A DNA stretch of 64,000 nt, taken from assembly GCA_046484865.1 (NCBI GenBank), contig JAWOID010000053.1, forward strand, positions 1 to 64,000. The letters are read 5' to 3'. The first letter of the stretch is position 1. The number at the start of each line of letters is the position of its first letter. Below the pieces are notes generated by a model, which made no database searches, was not told the DNA's origin, and worked only from the letters and a program-made list of their open reading frames with translations. Shown here one piece after another: positions 39,952 through 48,594 of this stretch. Source of the DNA: Candidatus Krumholzibacteriia bacterium. Its GTDB lineage: Bacteria; Krumholzibacteriota; Krumholzibacteriia; LZORAL124-64-63. The position numbers and the translations under genes are program-made.

Positions 39952-41091
39952 TCAGTCCCTGATGACGCTGCGCCCGATCACCATGCGCTGGATCTCGCTG
40001 GTCCCCTCGCCGATGGTGCAGAGCTTGGCGTCGCGGTAGAAGCGTTCCACCGGGTACTCCCGGGTGTATCCGTAGCCGCCGAGGATCTGGATGGCGCGAT
40101 CGGTCACGAACATCGCGGTCTCGCTGGCGTGCAGCTTTGCCATGGCCGAGTGGTCCGAGAACGGCTGCCCGGCGTCCTTGAGGTTCGCGGACTCGTAGGT
40201 GAGGAGCCGCGCGGCCTCGATCTGCGTGGCCATGTCGGCCAGCATGAACTGGACGGCCTGGAATTCGGCGATCGGGCGGCCGAACTGCTGCCGCTGCTTC
40301 GCATAGTCGCGCGCGACGGCGAAGGCGCCCTCCGCCAGTCCGAGCGCCACCGCCGCGATGGAGATGCGTCCGCCGTCCAGCGTCTTCATGAAGTACTTGA
40401 AGCCCGCCCCCAGCTCGCCGAGCTGCAGGTCCGCCGGTACGCGCACGTCCTCGAGGGTCAGCGGCGCGGTGTCGGACGCCCGCATGCCCAGCTTGTCCTC
40501 CTTTTTCTCCACCGTGAACCCCGTGGTGCCGGTGGGCACGATGAACGCGCTGATGCCGTGGCTGCCGGCCGCTTCGAGGTCGGTCTTCGCGGTGATGATC
40601 ACCGCGCCGGCGTAATGGGAGTTGGTGATCCACATCTTCGTGCCGTTGAGCACCCACTCGTCGCCGTCGCGCACCGCGGTCGTCCGCGTGCCGCCGGCAT
40701 CGCTGCCGGCGCCGGCCTCGGTCAGCCCGAAGCTCAGCAGCGCCTCGCCGCTGGCTGCCGGCGGCAGGAACCGCCGCTTCTGCTCCTCGGTCCCGAAGGC
40801 TGCGACGGGCCAGCAACCCAGGCTGTTGTGCGCCGCGACCGTGAGTCCGTGACTGCCGCAGACGCGCGAGAGCTCCTCCACCACCAGGGTGTAGGAGAGC
40901 GTGTCCGCTTCCACGCCGCCGTACTGCTCGGGGACGCAGAGGCCCAGCAGCCCCAGCTCGCCCATCTGGCGCACCGTCTGCTCGGGGAACTCCCCGCTCT
41001 TGTCGATCGCCGCGGCGATGGGCGCCACTCTCTCCCGCGCGAAATCGCGGGTCATGTCGCGGATCATCTTCTGATTCTCGGTCAGCTGCAT
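39952..41091 (-). CDS. Acyl-CoA dehydrogenase (IGEGTSE type, possibly branched-chain)
   Basis: [42 protein letters not shown]. Confidence 0.95.
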   Translation of the reverse strand: MQLTENQKMIRDMTRDFARERVAPIAAAIDKSGEFPEQTVRQMGELGLLGLCVPEQYGGVEADTLSYTLVVEELSRVCGSHGLTVAAHNSLGCWPVAAFGTEEQKRRFLPPAASGEALLSFGLTEAGAGSDAGGTRTTAVRDGDEWVLNGTKMWITNSHYAGAVIITAKTDLEAAGSHGISAFIVPTGTTGFTVEKKEDKLGMRASDTAPLTLEDVRVPADLQLGELGAGFKYFMKTLDGGRISIAAVALGLAEGAFAVARDYAKQRQQFGRPIAEFQAVQFMLADMATQIEAARLLTYESANLKDAGQPFSDHSAMAKLHASETAMFVTDRAIQILGGYGYTREYPVERFYRDAKLCTIGEGTSEIQRMVIGRSVIRD

Positions 41092-41374
41092 GGGTGCTCC
41101 TCGCTCCGGGAGAGCTGCAGAGATGATGCGGGCGGCAGGCCGTGGATCCGCATGCGCCGAGCATGCGACCGGCGCCGAGCCGGTGCCGAGAATAACGGAG
41201 ATGGCGGGCCGTGAAAAGGCCTTTCCCCGGCGCGGATCACCGAGACAAAGTAGTGAAATACCGTCCAGATAGCCCGTTCCGGACCTCGCGGGCGTCGAGG
41301 TCCGGAACGGATGCGGAGGGTCGGTCTGCGAGCGCCGCTCGACGCAGGGTGCGCTTCCCTGCGGCCGGCAGCGG

Positions 41375-42040
41375 TCAGCCCTCGAAGAGCGTCTTCAGCT
41401 CGGTCCAGGTCGTCCGGTTCACGGGCACGTCGCTCTGGCAGAGGTTGGGCTCGCCCGGAGTCGGCGGACAGCCGCTACCCAGCGGCTCGGTGGTACCGCC
41501 GTAAGGATTGAGTCCGTCGAACAGGACCCACGCGCCGTTCGAGAGGAGCCGGCCGGACGAACGATCGTCCACGGCCTCGTGACCGAGATAGGAGACGGTG
41601 TCGATGATCACCAGCTGGTCGGTCTGCGGTCCCACCACCAGGTGCACGGTGTCGCCGGTGTTGTTCAGGCTCAGCCCCGAGACGCCGTTGCTGGTCTCCG
41701 CCTGCCAGCGCAGGGCGTCACTGCCGTAGACGACCAGGACCGCGCCCGGAGCGAGGACGCCGGAGAGGCGCATGTGGGGGTCGTCGCCCAGGCCGTCCAG
41801 CAGCCAGTAGTTCGTCAGGTCGACCGGCTCGCTGCCGAGGTTGATCAGTTCCACCCACTCATCGCCGATGGCGGCCACCGTCCCGTCACCGTCCCAGTCG
41901 GAGGCGGGATCGGCGAGCACCTCGTGGATGAGGACCTGGGCCCGGAGAGGCGGGGGTGCGGCGAGGATGCCCGCGACGAGGACGCCGCAGAGCAGGACCG
42001 GCGCCAGCACGGCGCGACGACGGACATGAACGTGAGACAT
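41375..42040 (-). CDS. Secreted lamin-tail-domain protein with C-terminal TWxxLK-type tail
   Basis: Signal peptide; [41 protein letters not shown]; ends [16 protein letters not shown]. Confidence 0.82.
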   Translation of the reverse strand: MSHVHVRRRAVLAPVLLCGVLVAGILAAPPPLRAQVLIHEVLADPASDWDGDGTVAAIGDEWVELINLGSEPVDLTNYWLLDGLGDDPHMRLSGVLAPGAVLVVYGSDALRWQAETSNGVSGLSLNNTGDTVHLVVGPQTDQLVIIDTVSYLGHEAVDDRSSGRLLSNGAWVLFDGLNPYGGTTEPLGSGCPPTPGEPNLCQSDVPVNRTTWTELKTLFEG

Positions 42041-42141
42041 GGAACGCTCCGTTCCGGGAGGCGTGGCGATGGCGGCCGCCGGCGACCACCGGCGGTCGGA
42101 CGAGGACGGTGCCGACCGGCACCGGGAGGTTCCGCGGCGCC

Positions 42142-42157
42142 TGCGAGGACCGTGCCA
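42142..42157 (-). promoter_or_regulatory. Putative sigma54 (-24/-12) promoter of the lamin-tail gene
   Basis: Minus strand TGGCACGGTCCTCGCA, one mismatch to TGGCACG-N4-TTGCW, about 100 bp upstream of the ATG. Confidence 0.55.
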
Positions 42158-42262
42158 CCGGCGGCAGCTCCTCCGATCTCACTGGCGAAGGCCGTCCGGA
42201 CGTGCGATGCTGATCGCGGTGGTCCGCGGCGCAGCCGCGGCTGATCGCGAGGGAGAATCACC

Positions 42263-43243
42263 GTGACCCTGCACGTGGGCTTGATCGGGGCGGGAACCCA
42301 CGGCGAGCGGTACCTGCGCCACCTCCGCGACGACGTCGACGGGATGATCCCGGTGGCCCTCTGCCGCCGCGACCCGGAGGCCGGGAGCCGGCTCGCCGGC
42401 GAACTCGGAGTGCGTCACCACGCGGAGGCGTCCGCGCTCATCTCGAATCCGGGCGTTGACGCCGTGATCGTCACCACTCCTCCTTCCAGCCACTTCCTGC
42501 TCGCCAAGCGCGTGCTCGAGGCGGGCAAGGCCCTGCTGCTCGAGAAGCCCATGACCGCCACGCTGCGGGAGGCGCGTCGCCTGGTGGCGATGGAGTCCAC
42601 GACCTCGGCGCCGCCCCTCATGCTCGCGCAGACCCTGCGCTGGAATCCGGTGGTGCAGCGGGTACGCGAGCTGTGGCCGCGCCTGGGCAAGGTGCACCTG
42701 ATCCGCCTCGCCCAGCGCCTCGAACCCACCGACCTGGCCTGGCAGCGGGAACGCACCGAGACGGTGGGCGGCTCGGTGCTCCTGACGGGCGTGCATCTGT
42801 TCGACCTCGCGCGGTATCTCAGCGGGCAGGAGTTCGTGCGCGTGGCCTCCACGCAACGGCGGGTCCTCAACCCGGCGGTCGAGGACCTCTTCCTCGCCCG
42901 CGCCGAGGTGGAGGACGGAACCTGGATCAGCCTCGAGGTGAGCAAGTACACGCGCAGCCGCGCCGGCTGGCTGGAGGTGGTCGGCGAGCAGGCGCAGATC
43001 CATGCCGATTATCTGGACGGCCGCGTGGAGTTGCTGGTGGGGCGCGAACGCGAGCGCTTCGACGCCGACGCCTCCGCTCCGACCCTCCCGCACGTGCTCG
43101 CGGCCTGGCGTGACGCTCTGGCGACAGGCACGCGACCGCCGGTCACGGCGACGGACGGCCTGCGCACCCTCGAGGTCACCGAGGCGTGCTACCGTTCCTC
43201 CCACGCGGGGGGGCAGCCCGTGCGCATCGCCGATCTCGACTGA
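42263..43243 (+). CDS. Gfo/Idh/MocA family oxidoreductase
   Basis: GLIGAGTHG Rossmann motif, DAVIVTTP..SH, LLEKP, GVHLFD. Confidence 0.9.
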   Translation: MTLHVGLIGAGTHGERYLRHLRDDVDGMIPVALCRRDPEAGSRLAGELGVRHHAEASALISNPGVDAVIVTTPPSSHFLLAKRVLEAGKALLLEKPMTATLREARRLVAMESTTSAPPLMLAQTLRWNPVVQRVRELWPRLGKVHLIRLAQRLEPTDLAWQRERTETVGGSVLLTGVHLFDLARYLSGQEFVRVASTQRRVLNPAVEDLFLARAEVEDGTWISLEVSKYTRSRAGWLEVVGEQAQIHADYLDGRVELLVGRERERFDADASAPTLPHVLAAWRDALATGTRPPVTATDGLRTLEVTEACYRSSHAGGQPVRIADLD

Positions 43244-43265
43244 GAGCGCGGCCCGGCGCGCGGGG

Positions 43266-45131
43266 TCAGAACGGCCGCGGCCCGATCATCTTCTCCGGCG
43301 CGAGCAGGTCGTCGAGCTGCGCCCGGCTCAGCAGTCCCTTCTCCAGCACCAGATCGTAGACGCCGCGCCCCGTCTCCAGCGCCTCCCGCGCGAGGACGGT
43401 GCACGCCTCGTAGCCGAGCACGGGGTTGAGCGCCGTGATGAGACCGATGCTCGCCTCCACGTGGCGCCGGCACACGTCGGCGTTGGCCGTGATGCCGTCG
43501 ATGCAGCGATGCTGCAGCACGGCCATGCCGTTCTCCAGCATCTCCATCGATTCCAGCAGGCTCTGCACGATCACCGGTTCCATGACGTTCAGCTCCAGCT
43601 GTCCCGCCTCGGCGGCCAGCGTCACGGTGAGATCGTTGCCGATCACCTTGAAGGCGATCTGGTTCACCACCTCCGGGATCACCGGATTCACCTTGCCCGG
43701 CATGATGGACGAGCCGGGCTGCAGCCGCGGCAGGTCGATCTCGTTGAGTCCGGCGCGCGGACCCGAGCTGAGCAGGCGCAGGTCGTTGCAGATCTTCGAG
43801 AGCTTCACCGCCAGCCGTTTGATGGCGGAGCTGAACATGACGAACGCGCCCGTGTCCTGGGTGGCCTCCACCAGATCCGACGCCAGCCGCACCTCCAGCC
43901 CCGCCACCTCGCGCAGGTGACGGATCACGGTGTCCGCATAGCGGGGATCGGCGTTGATGCCGGTGCCGATGGCGGTGCCGCCGAGGTTCAGTTCGAGGAA
44001 GAGGCGCGCGTTCTCGCTCAGCCGCTCGATCTCCTCGGCCAGCGTGTGACCCCAGGCGTGAAAGCTCTGGCCGAGCGTCATGGGCACCGCGTCCTGGAGC
44101 TGGGTGCGGCCCATCTTGATCACGCCGGCGAACTCGTCGCCCTTGCGCTGGAAGGCGAGGACCAGGTCGTGCAGGACGTCGAGCAACGACTCGTTGGCGC
44201 GGATCAGCGCGATCTTCAGGGCGGACGGGTAGACGTCGTTGGTGCTCTGGGCCATGTTCACGTGGCTGTTCGGTGAACAGTGACGATATTCGCCCCGCTC
44301 GTGGCCCAGGAGTTCGAGCGCGCGATTGGCGATGACCTCGTTCGCGTTCATGTTGGTGGAGGTCCCCGCACCGCCCTGTATCATGTCCACCACGAAGTGG
44401 TTGTGCCAGCGGCCGGAGACGATCTCGCGACAGGCCTGGTCGATGGCGTCGGCCACCGGCGGCTCCAGGTGCCCGAGTTCCCGGTTGGCGCGCGCGGCGG
44501 CGAGCTTCACCATGGCGAGGGCCTCGATGAGCACCGGGAAGTGGTCCAGGCCGATGCCGCTGATCGGGAAGTTCTCGAGCGCGCGCAGGGTCTGGATGCC
44601 GTAGTAGAACTCGTGGGGCACCTCGCGGTCGCCCAGCAGGTCGTGCTCGGTGCGGGTGCGGCCGGACAGGTACACCGCGCCCGGATGCGAGACGCGGGCG
44701 CTGGCCTGACGCATGCGCCGGGCGATGACCCGGGCCGCCCGCGCCAGCAGCTTAGGCGCCAGTTCGGGCCGCTCGCGCGTGAGCGCGGCGAAGTCGTCGC
44801 GGCTCAGCACGTACAGCTCCGCGTCGGCGACCACCCGCGCGCTGGTGGAGTGCGGGTAGTCGTCCATCAGGGCGCCCTCGCCGAGGAAGTCGCCGGCACC
44901 GAAGGCGGCGAGCTTGAGGTCGCGCCCCAGCGGTCCCGGCTTGTACAGCTCGATCTCGCCGGCGCGCACGAGAAAGAGGTTGCGGCGGGGACTGCTCTCG
45001 CTGAACAGCAGGCTGCCCGCCGGCAGGGACTGCCGCTGGAGCGCACCGACGAGACGCTGCAACTCGTCGGCGGTGAGGTCGCGCAGCAGTTCGATGCGGC
45101 CGAGGAACTCCGTGAGATCGCTGTTGGCCAT
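43266..45131 (-). CDS. aspA: Aspartate ammonia-lyase with N-terminal cyclic-nucleotide-binding (Crp-like) domain
   Basis: Aspartase: EHDLLG, YYGIQTLRA.ENF, GGAGTSTNMNANEV, KMGRTQLQDA, GSSIMPGKVNP, EAGQLELN. The first ~140 aa have a cNMP-fold pattern (LFSE, LV..GEIELYK, GDFLGEGAL..YPHSTSA). RBS GGAGG. Confidence 0.92.
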   Translation of the reverse strand: MANSDLTEFLGRIELLRDLTADELQRLVGALQRQSLPAGSLLFSESSPRRNLFLVRAGEIELYKPGPLGRDLKLAAFGAGDFLGEGALMDDYPHSTSARVVADAELYVLSRDDFAALTRERPELAPKLLARAARVIARRMRQASARVSHPGAVYLSGRTRTEHDLLGDREVPHEFYYGIQTLRALENFPISGIGLDHFPVLIEALAMVKLAAARANRELGHLEPPVADAIDQACREIVSGRWHNHFVVDMIQGGAGTSTNMNANEVIANRALELLGHERGEYRHCSPNSHVNMAQSTNDVYPSALKIALIRANESLLDVLHDLVLAFQRKGDEFAGVIKMGRTQLQDAVPMTLGQSFHAWGHTLAEEIERLSENARLFLELNLGGTAIGTGINADPRYADTVIRHLREVAGLEVRLASDLVEATQDTGAFVMFSSAIKRLAVKLSKICNDLRLLSSGPRAGLNEIDLPRLQPGSSIMPGKVNPVIPEVVNQIAFKVIGNDLTVTLAAEAGQLELNVMEPVIVQSLLESMEMLENGMAVLQHRCIDGITANADVCRRHVEASIGLITALNPVLGYEACTVLAREALETGRGVYDLVLEKGLLSRAQLDDLLAPEKMIGPRPF

Positions 45132-45382
45132 GGTCGCCTCCGCGGGAAACGGCGCCGCCGGCCGGCCGACCGGGCGGCCGGCGGCGGGATCGTGGTGGTG
45201 CTCCAAGTTGGTCGTGCGAGGCGGCGGGAGCAAGGGTCGGCCGCCGTCGCCAGCGAGCAGCTGGCGCAGCAGTTCCTCGGCCAGCACCGGGTCGGCGCGT
45301 CCGTCTCGACGGCCTGCGCCGGGCACCCTATCATCAGGGAAATCCCGTCCGCTGCGCGAACGTCATCGCCGCCGGAGGTCCC

Positions 45383-47632
45383 ATGACGAGAGTCCGCCTC
45401 GGCCGCCACCGCAGCCCGGCCACCCCGATTGCGCCCCGCCCGTGCGTGATCGGCGCCGCCGCTCGACGCTGCGCCCGGTCGGGGACGGCAACGGCTCTGC
45501 TGGCAGCGCTGCTCGCCGCGTCGACGCCCGCGGTCCGCCCGGCGCCGGCCGGAGCGGCCGAGCTCTCGGTCCACGCCGGCGGAGCGCCCGCCTCCACGGT
45601 CCCGCGTCCGGCGCCCCTCTGCCGCCGGGCGCTCGGCTGGCGCGGCGGACCCGCCGGCCCCGCCGCGAGCGACGACAGCGGCGCCGGCGACCACGCGACG
45701 ACGCAGCCGGCGACCTATCGCTTTCCCGCGGCGGACGACCGCGGCTACGACGTCCAGCACTACGACCTGGATCTGGTCATCGATCCGGCACTGCAGCGGG
45801 TGGACGGCCGGGTGGCCATCACCCTGCAGGCGATCGCTCCGGTGCAGGTGCTGCGCGTGGACCTGGTGGACGAGCTGCCGGCGACGTCGCTGACCTGGAG
45901 CGCCGGGGCGGAAGCGCCGCGGCCGGTGGCGTTCACGCAGGCGGGCGACAGCCTGCGGGCGGAACTCCCGGTGGTGCTGTCCGCCGGCGACCGGGGCGTG
46001 CTCACGGTGACGTACGGCGGCCGGCCGCCGCGGCACGGTCCGTTCCAGGCGGGACTGCTCTTCCGTACCCAGGGCAGCGGGCCGGACGACCCGCAGGCCG
46101 CCACGCCGGTGGTGGCGAGCATCAGCGAGCCGTACTCGTCCCACGCCTGGTGGCCGTGCAAGGACCATCCCCACGACAAGGCCACCCTCCGTCTCGCCGT
46201 CACGGCTCCCGACACGCTCGAGGCGGTCTCCAACGGCCGGCTCGAGAGCACCGCGCCGGCGTCCCCGGGCGCCCTGCGCTGGACCTGGTCCACCGATCAC
46301 CCCATCGCCACCTACCTGGTGTCGGTGGCGATCTCCCGCTACGCGAGCTGGCACCAGCGCTGCGACGGCGCCGGCGTTCCCGTGCCGCTCGACTTCCACG
46401 CCTTCCCCGCTGACAGCGCCGCCGCCGCCGTCGACCTCGCGCCCACCTGCGCCATGATGGAGTTCCTGGCGGGGATCCTCGGTCCCTATCCGTTCGCCGA
46501 CGAGAAGTACGCCCAGGTCATGGTGGTCGCCGGGGTGGCCGGGATGGAGAACCAGACCGCCACCGCGCTGGCACGGTGGATCATCACCGGCGACCGGACC
46601 TGGGAGTCGGTGGTGCTGCACGAGCTGGCCCACTCCTGGTTCGGCAACAGCATCACGCCGGCGCGCTGGCGCGACGTCTGGCTCAACGAGGGTTTCGCCC
46701 GCTACGCCGAGGCGCTCTGGGTCGAGCATCGCCACGGCGCGGAGGGGTACCGCGCCTTCATGCATGGCATCGGCCCGGCCGCCTGGCCAGACCTCTTCGT
46801 CGGCGCGGGCTTGCTGGGAGACCCGGCGCCGCCGGTGCTTTCGGCCACCGGCCTGCTGGTCTACGACAAGGGCGCCTGGCTGCTCCACATGCTGCGCGGC
46901 CACCTGGGCGACGAGCGATTCTTCGCCGCCCTGCGCGCGTACGCCGGGGCTCCCGAGCTGCAGGGCGGCAACGCCACCACCTCGGACTTCGTGCGGCTGG
47001 CGTCGGCGGCGGCGGGAGAGGACGTGGGGCCCTTCCTCGCGCCATGGCTGCAGACTCAGGCCGTTCCCGTGCTCGAGGTGACGCGGCGGCAGACCCGCCG
47101 CGACGACGGCACCGAGCTGGCGATCACGGTGCGCCAGCTCCAGGATCCCATGTTCCCGCTGCGGCTGCCCCTGCGCGTCCACCGGCGCCGCGCCGCGGCC
47201 GTCGACAGCACCGTCCTGCTCACCGCGCGCGAAACCCGGCTGGTGTGGCAGGTGCCGGGCCGGGTGTCCGCGCTCGAGGTCGATCCCGACGGCTGGGTGT
47301 TGCACCGCATCGCCACCGCGCCGCCGCCCCTGCTGGAACCGCTTCCGGCGGCGCCCAACCCGTGTGCCGGCGGCGCGCTGGACCTGCGCTGGTGGCAGGC
47401 CCGCCCCGCGCGCCTCACCCTCTCCCTGCACGACGCTCGCGGCCGCCGCCTGGCCGGCTGGGATCTGGGCGAGGTGGCCGCCGCGCCCGCCGGCGCGGGC
47501 GGTGAGCCGGCGCGGTGGACGATCGACCTGGACGGCACCGACCGGCTGCGGCTGGCGTCGGGCGCCTACTGGATGGACCTGCGCGCCGACAGCGGCGAGC
47601 ACGCCGTGATCGGGTTCACCATCCTGCGCTGA
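45383..47632 (+). CDS. Secreted M1-family aminopeptidase with FlgD/T9SS-like C-terminal domain
   Basis: YDVQHYDL, WWPCKDHP.DKA, GMEN, HELAHSWFGN...WLNEGFA, YDKGA; tail PNP...HDARGRR...SGAYW. Confidence 0.88.
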   Translation: MTRVRLGRHRSPATPIAPRPCVIGAAARRCARSGTATALLAALLAASTPAVRPAPAGAAELSVHAGGAPASTVPRPAPLCRRALGWRGGPAGPAASDDSGAGDHATTQPATYRFPAADDRGYDVQHYDLDLVIDPALQRVDGRVAITLQAIAPVQVLRVDLVDELPATSLTWSAGAEAPRPVAFTQAGDSLRAELPVVLSAGDRGVLTVTYGGRPPRHGPFQAGLLFRTQGSGPDDPQAATPVVASISEPYSSHAWWPCKDHPHDKATLRLAVTAPDTLEAVSNGRLESTAPASPGALRWTWSTDHPIATYLVSVAISRYASWHQRCDGAGVPVPLDFHAFPADSAAAAVDLAPTCAMMEFLAGILGPYPFADEKYAQVMVVAGVAGMENQTATALARWIITGDRTWESVVLHELAHSWFGNSITPARWRDVWLNEGFARYAEALWVEHRHGAEGYRAFMHGIGPAAWPDLFVGAGLLGDPAPPVLSATGLLVYDKGAWLLHMLRGHLGDERFFAALRAYAGAPELQGGNATTSDFVRLASAAAGEDVGPFLAPWLQTQAVPVLEVTRRQTRRDDGTELAITVRQLQDPMFPLRLPLRVHRRRAAAVDSTVLLTARETRLVWQVPGRVSALEVDPDGWVLHRIATAPPPLLEPLPAAPNPCAGGALDLRWWQARPARLTLSLHDARGRRLAGWDLGEVAAAPAGAGGEPARWTIDLDGTDRLRLASGAYWMDLRADSGEHAVIGFTILR

Positions 47633-47748
47633 TGGATCGTGGCGGCGGAGTCCGCGGCCGCATGCGATCATGGACGTGGGGCGCTGCCGGACTCGCGGAC
47701 GCTCGGCGCCGGTCCCGCTGCCGCCGCCGACGTTGCAGGGAGATGACG

Positions 47749-48552
47749 ATGTCGAATGTCGCCCACCATCGTTCCGCCCCCGATCCCGGGTCGCCTGCCG
47801 ACGCGCCGCCGGTGGCTCTCGTCACGGGCGGATCGCAGGGGATCGGCAAGGCCGTGACCCTGGCATTCCACGCCCGGGGCCACGCGGTGGTGGTGGCCGA
47901 CCTGGACGGCCAGGCGGGCACGGAGCTGGCGGCCGAGCTGGCGACGGACCGCCTGCTGTTCGTGGCCGCCGACGTCGGCCGCGAGCCGGACGTGCGCGAA
48001 CTGGTGGCTGCCGCGCTGGCCCGGTTCGGCCGGCTCGACGTCCTGGTGAACAACGCCGGGATCATGATCCGGAAGTCGCCCGAGGACCTGCTGCTCGAGG
48101 AATGGCGGCGGGTGCTCGACACGAACCTCACCGGCGCCTTCCTCTGCACCCGGCACGCCCTGCCGCACCTGCGGCGCAGCCGCGGCGCCGTGGTGAACGT
48201 GGCATCCACGCGGGCGCTCATGTCCGAACCCGACACCGAGGCGTACGCCGCCAGCAAGGGCGGGCTGCTCGCCCTCACCCACGCCCTCGCCCTCAGCTGC
48301 GGGCCGGAGGTGCGGGTGAACGCCGTCAGCCCCGGCTGGATCGAGGTGAGCGCCTGGCAGAAGCGCAGCCGGCGGCAGGAGCCGGCCCTGCGTCCCGAGG
48401 ACCACGCTCAGCACCCCGCCGGCCGGGTGGGAACGCCCGACGACGTGGCGAGGGCCGTCCTCTACCTCTGTGCTCCGGAGAACGGCTTCCTCACCGGCGC
48501 CAACCTGGTGCTGGACGGCGGCATGACCCGCAAGATGATCTACGCCGAGTGA
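47749..48552 (+). CDS. Short-chain dehydrogenase/reductase
   Basis: TGGSQGIG, NNAG, YAASK, SPGWI. Confidence 0.93.
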   Translation: MSNVAHHRSAPDPGSPADAPPVALVTGGSQGIGKAVTLAFHARGHAVVVADLDGQAGTELAAELATDRLLFVAADVGREPDVRELVAAALARFGRLDVLVNNAGIMIRKSPEDLLLEEWRRVLDTNLTGAFLCTRHALPHLRRSRGAVVNVASTRALMSEPDTEAYAASKGGLLALTHALALSCGPEVRVNAVSPGWIEVSAWQKRSRRQEPALRPEDHAQHPAGRVGTPDDVARAVLYLCAPENGFLTGANLVLDGGMTRKMIYAE

Positions 48553-48594
48553 CGATCGTGGCGGCGAGATCGTGTTCGCGAGCTCGCGGCGCGG

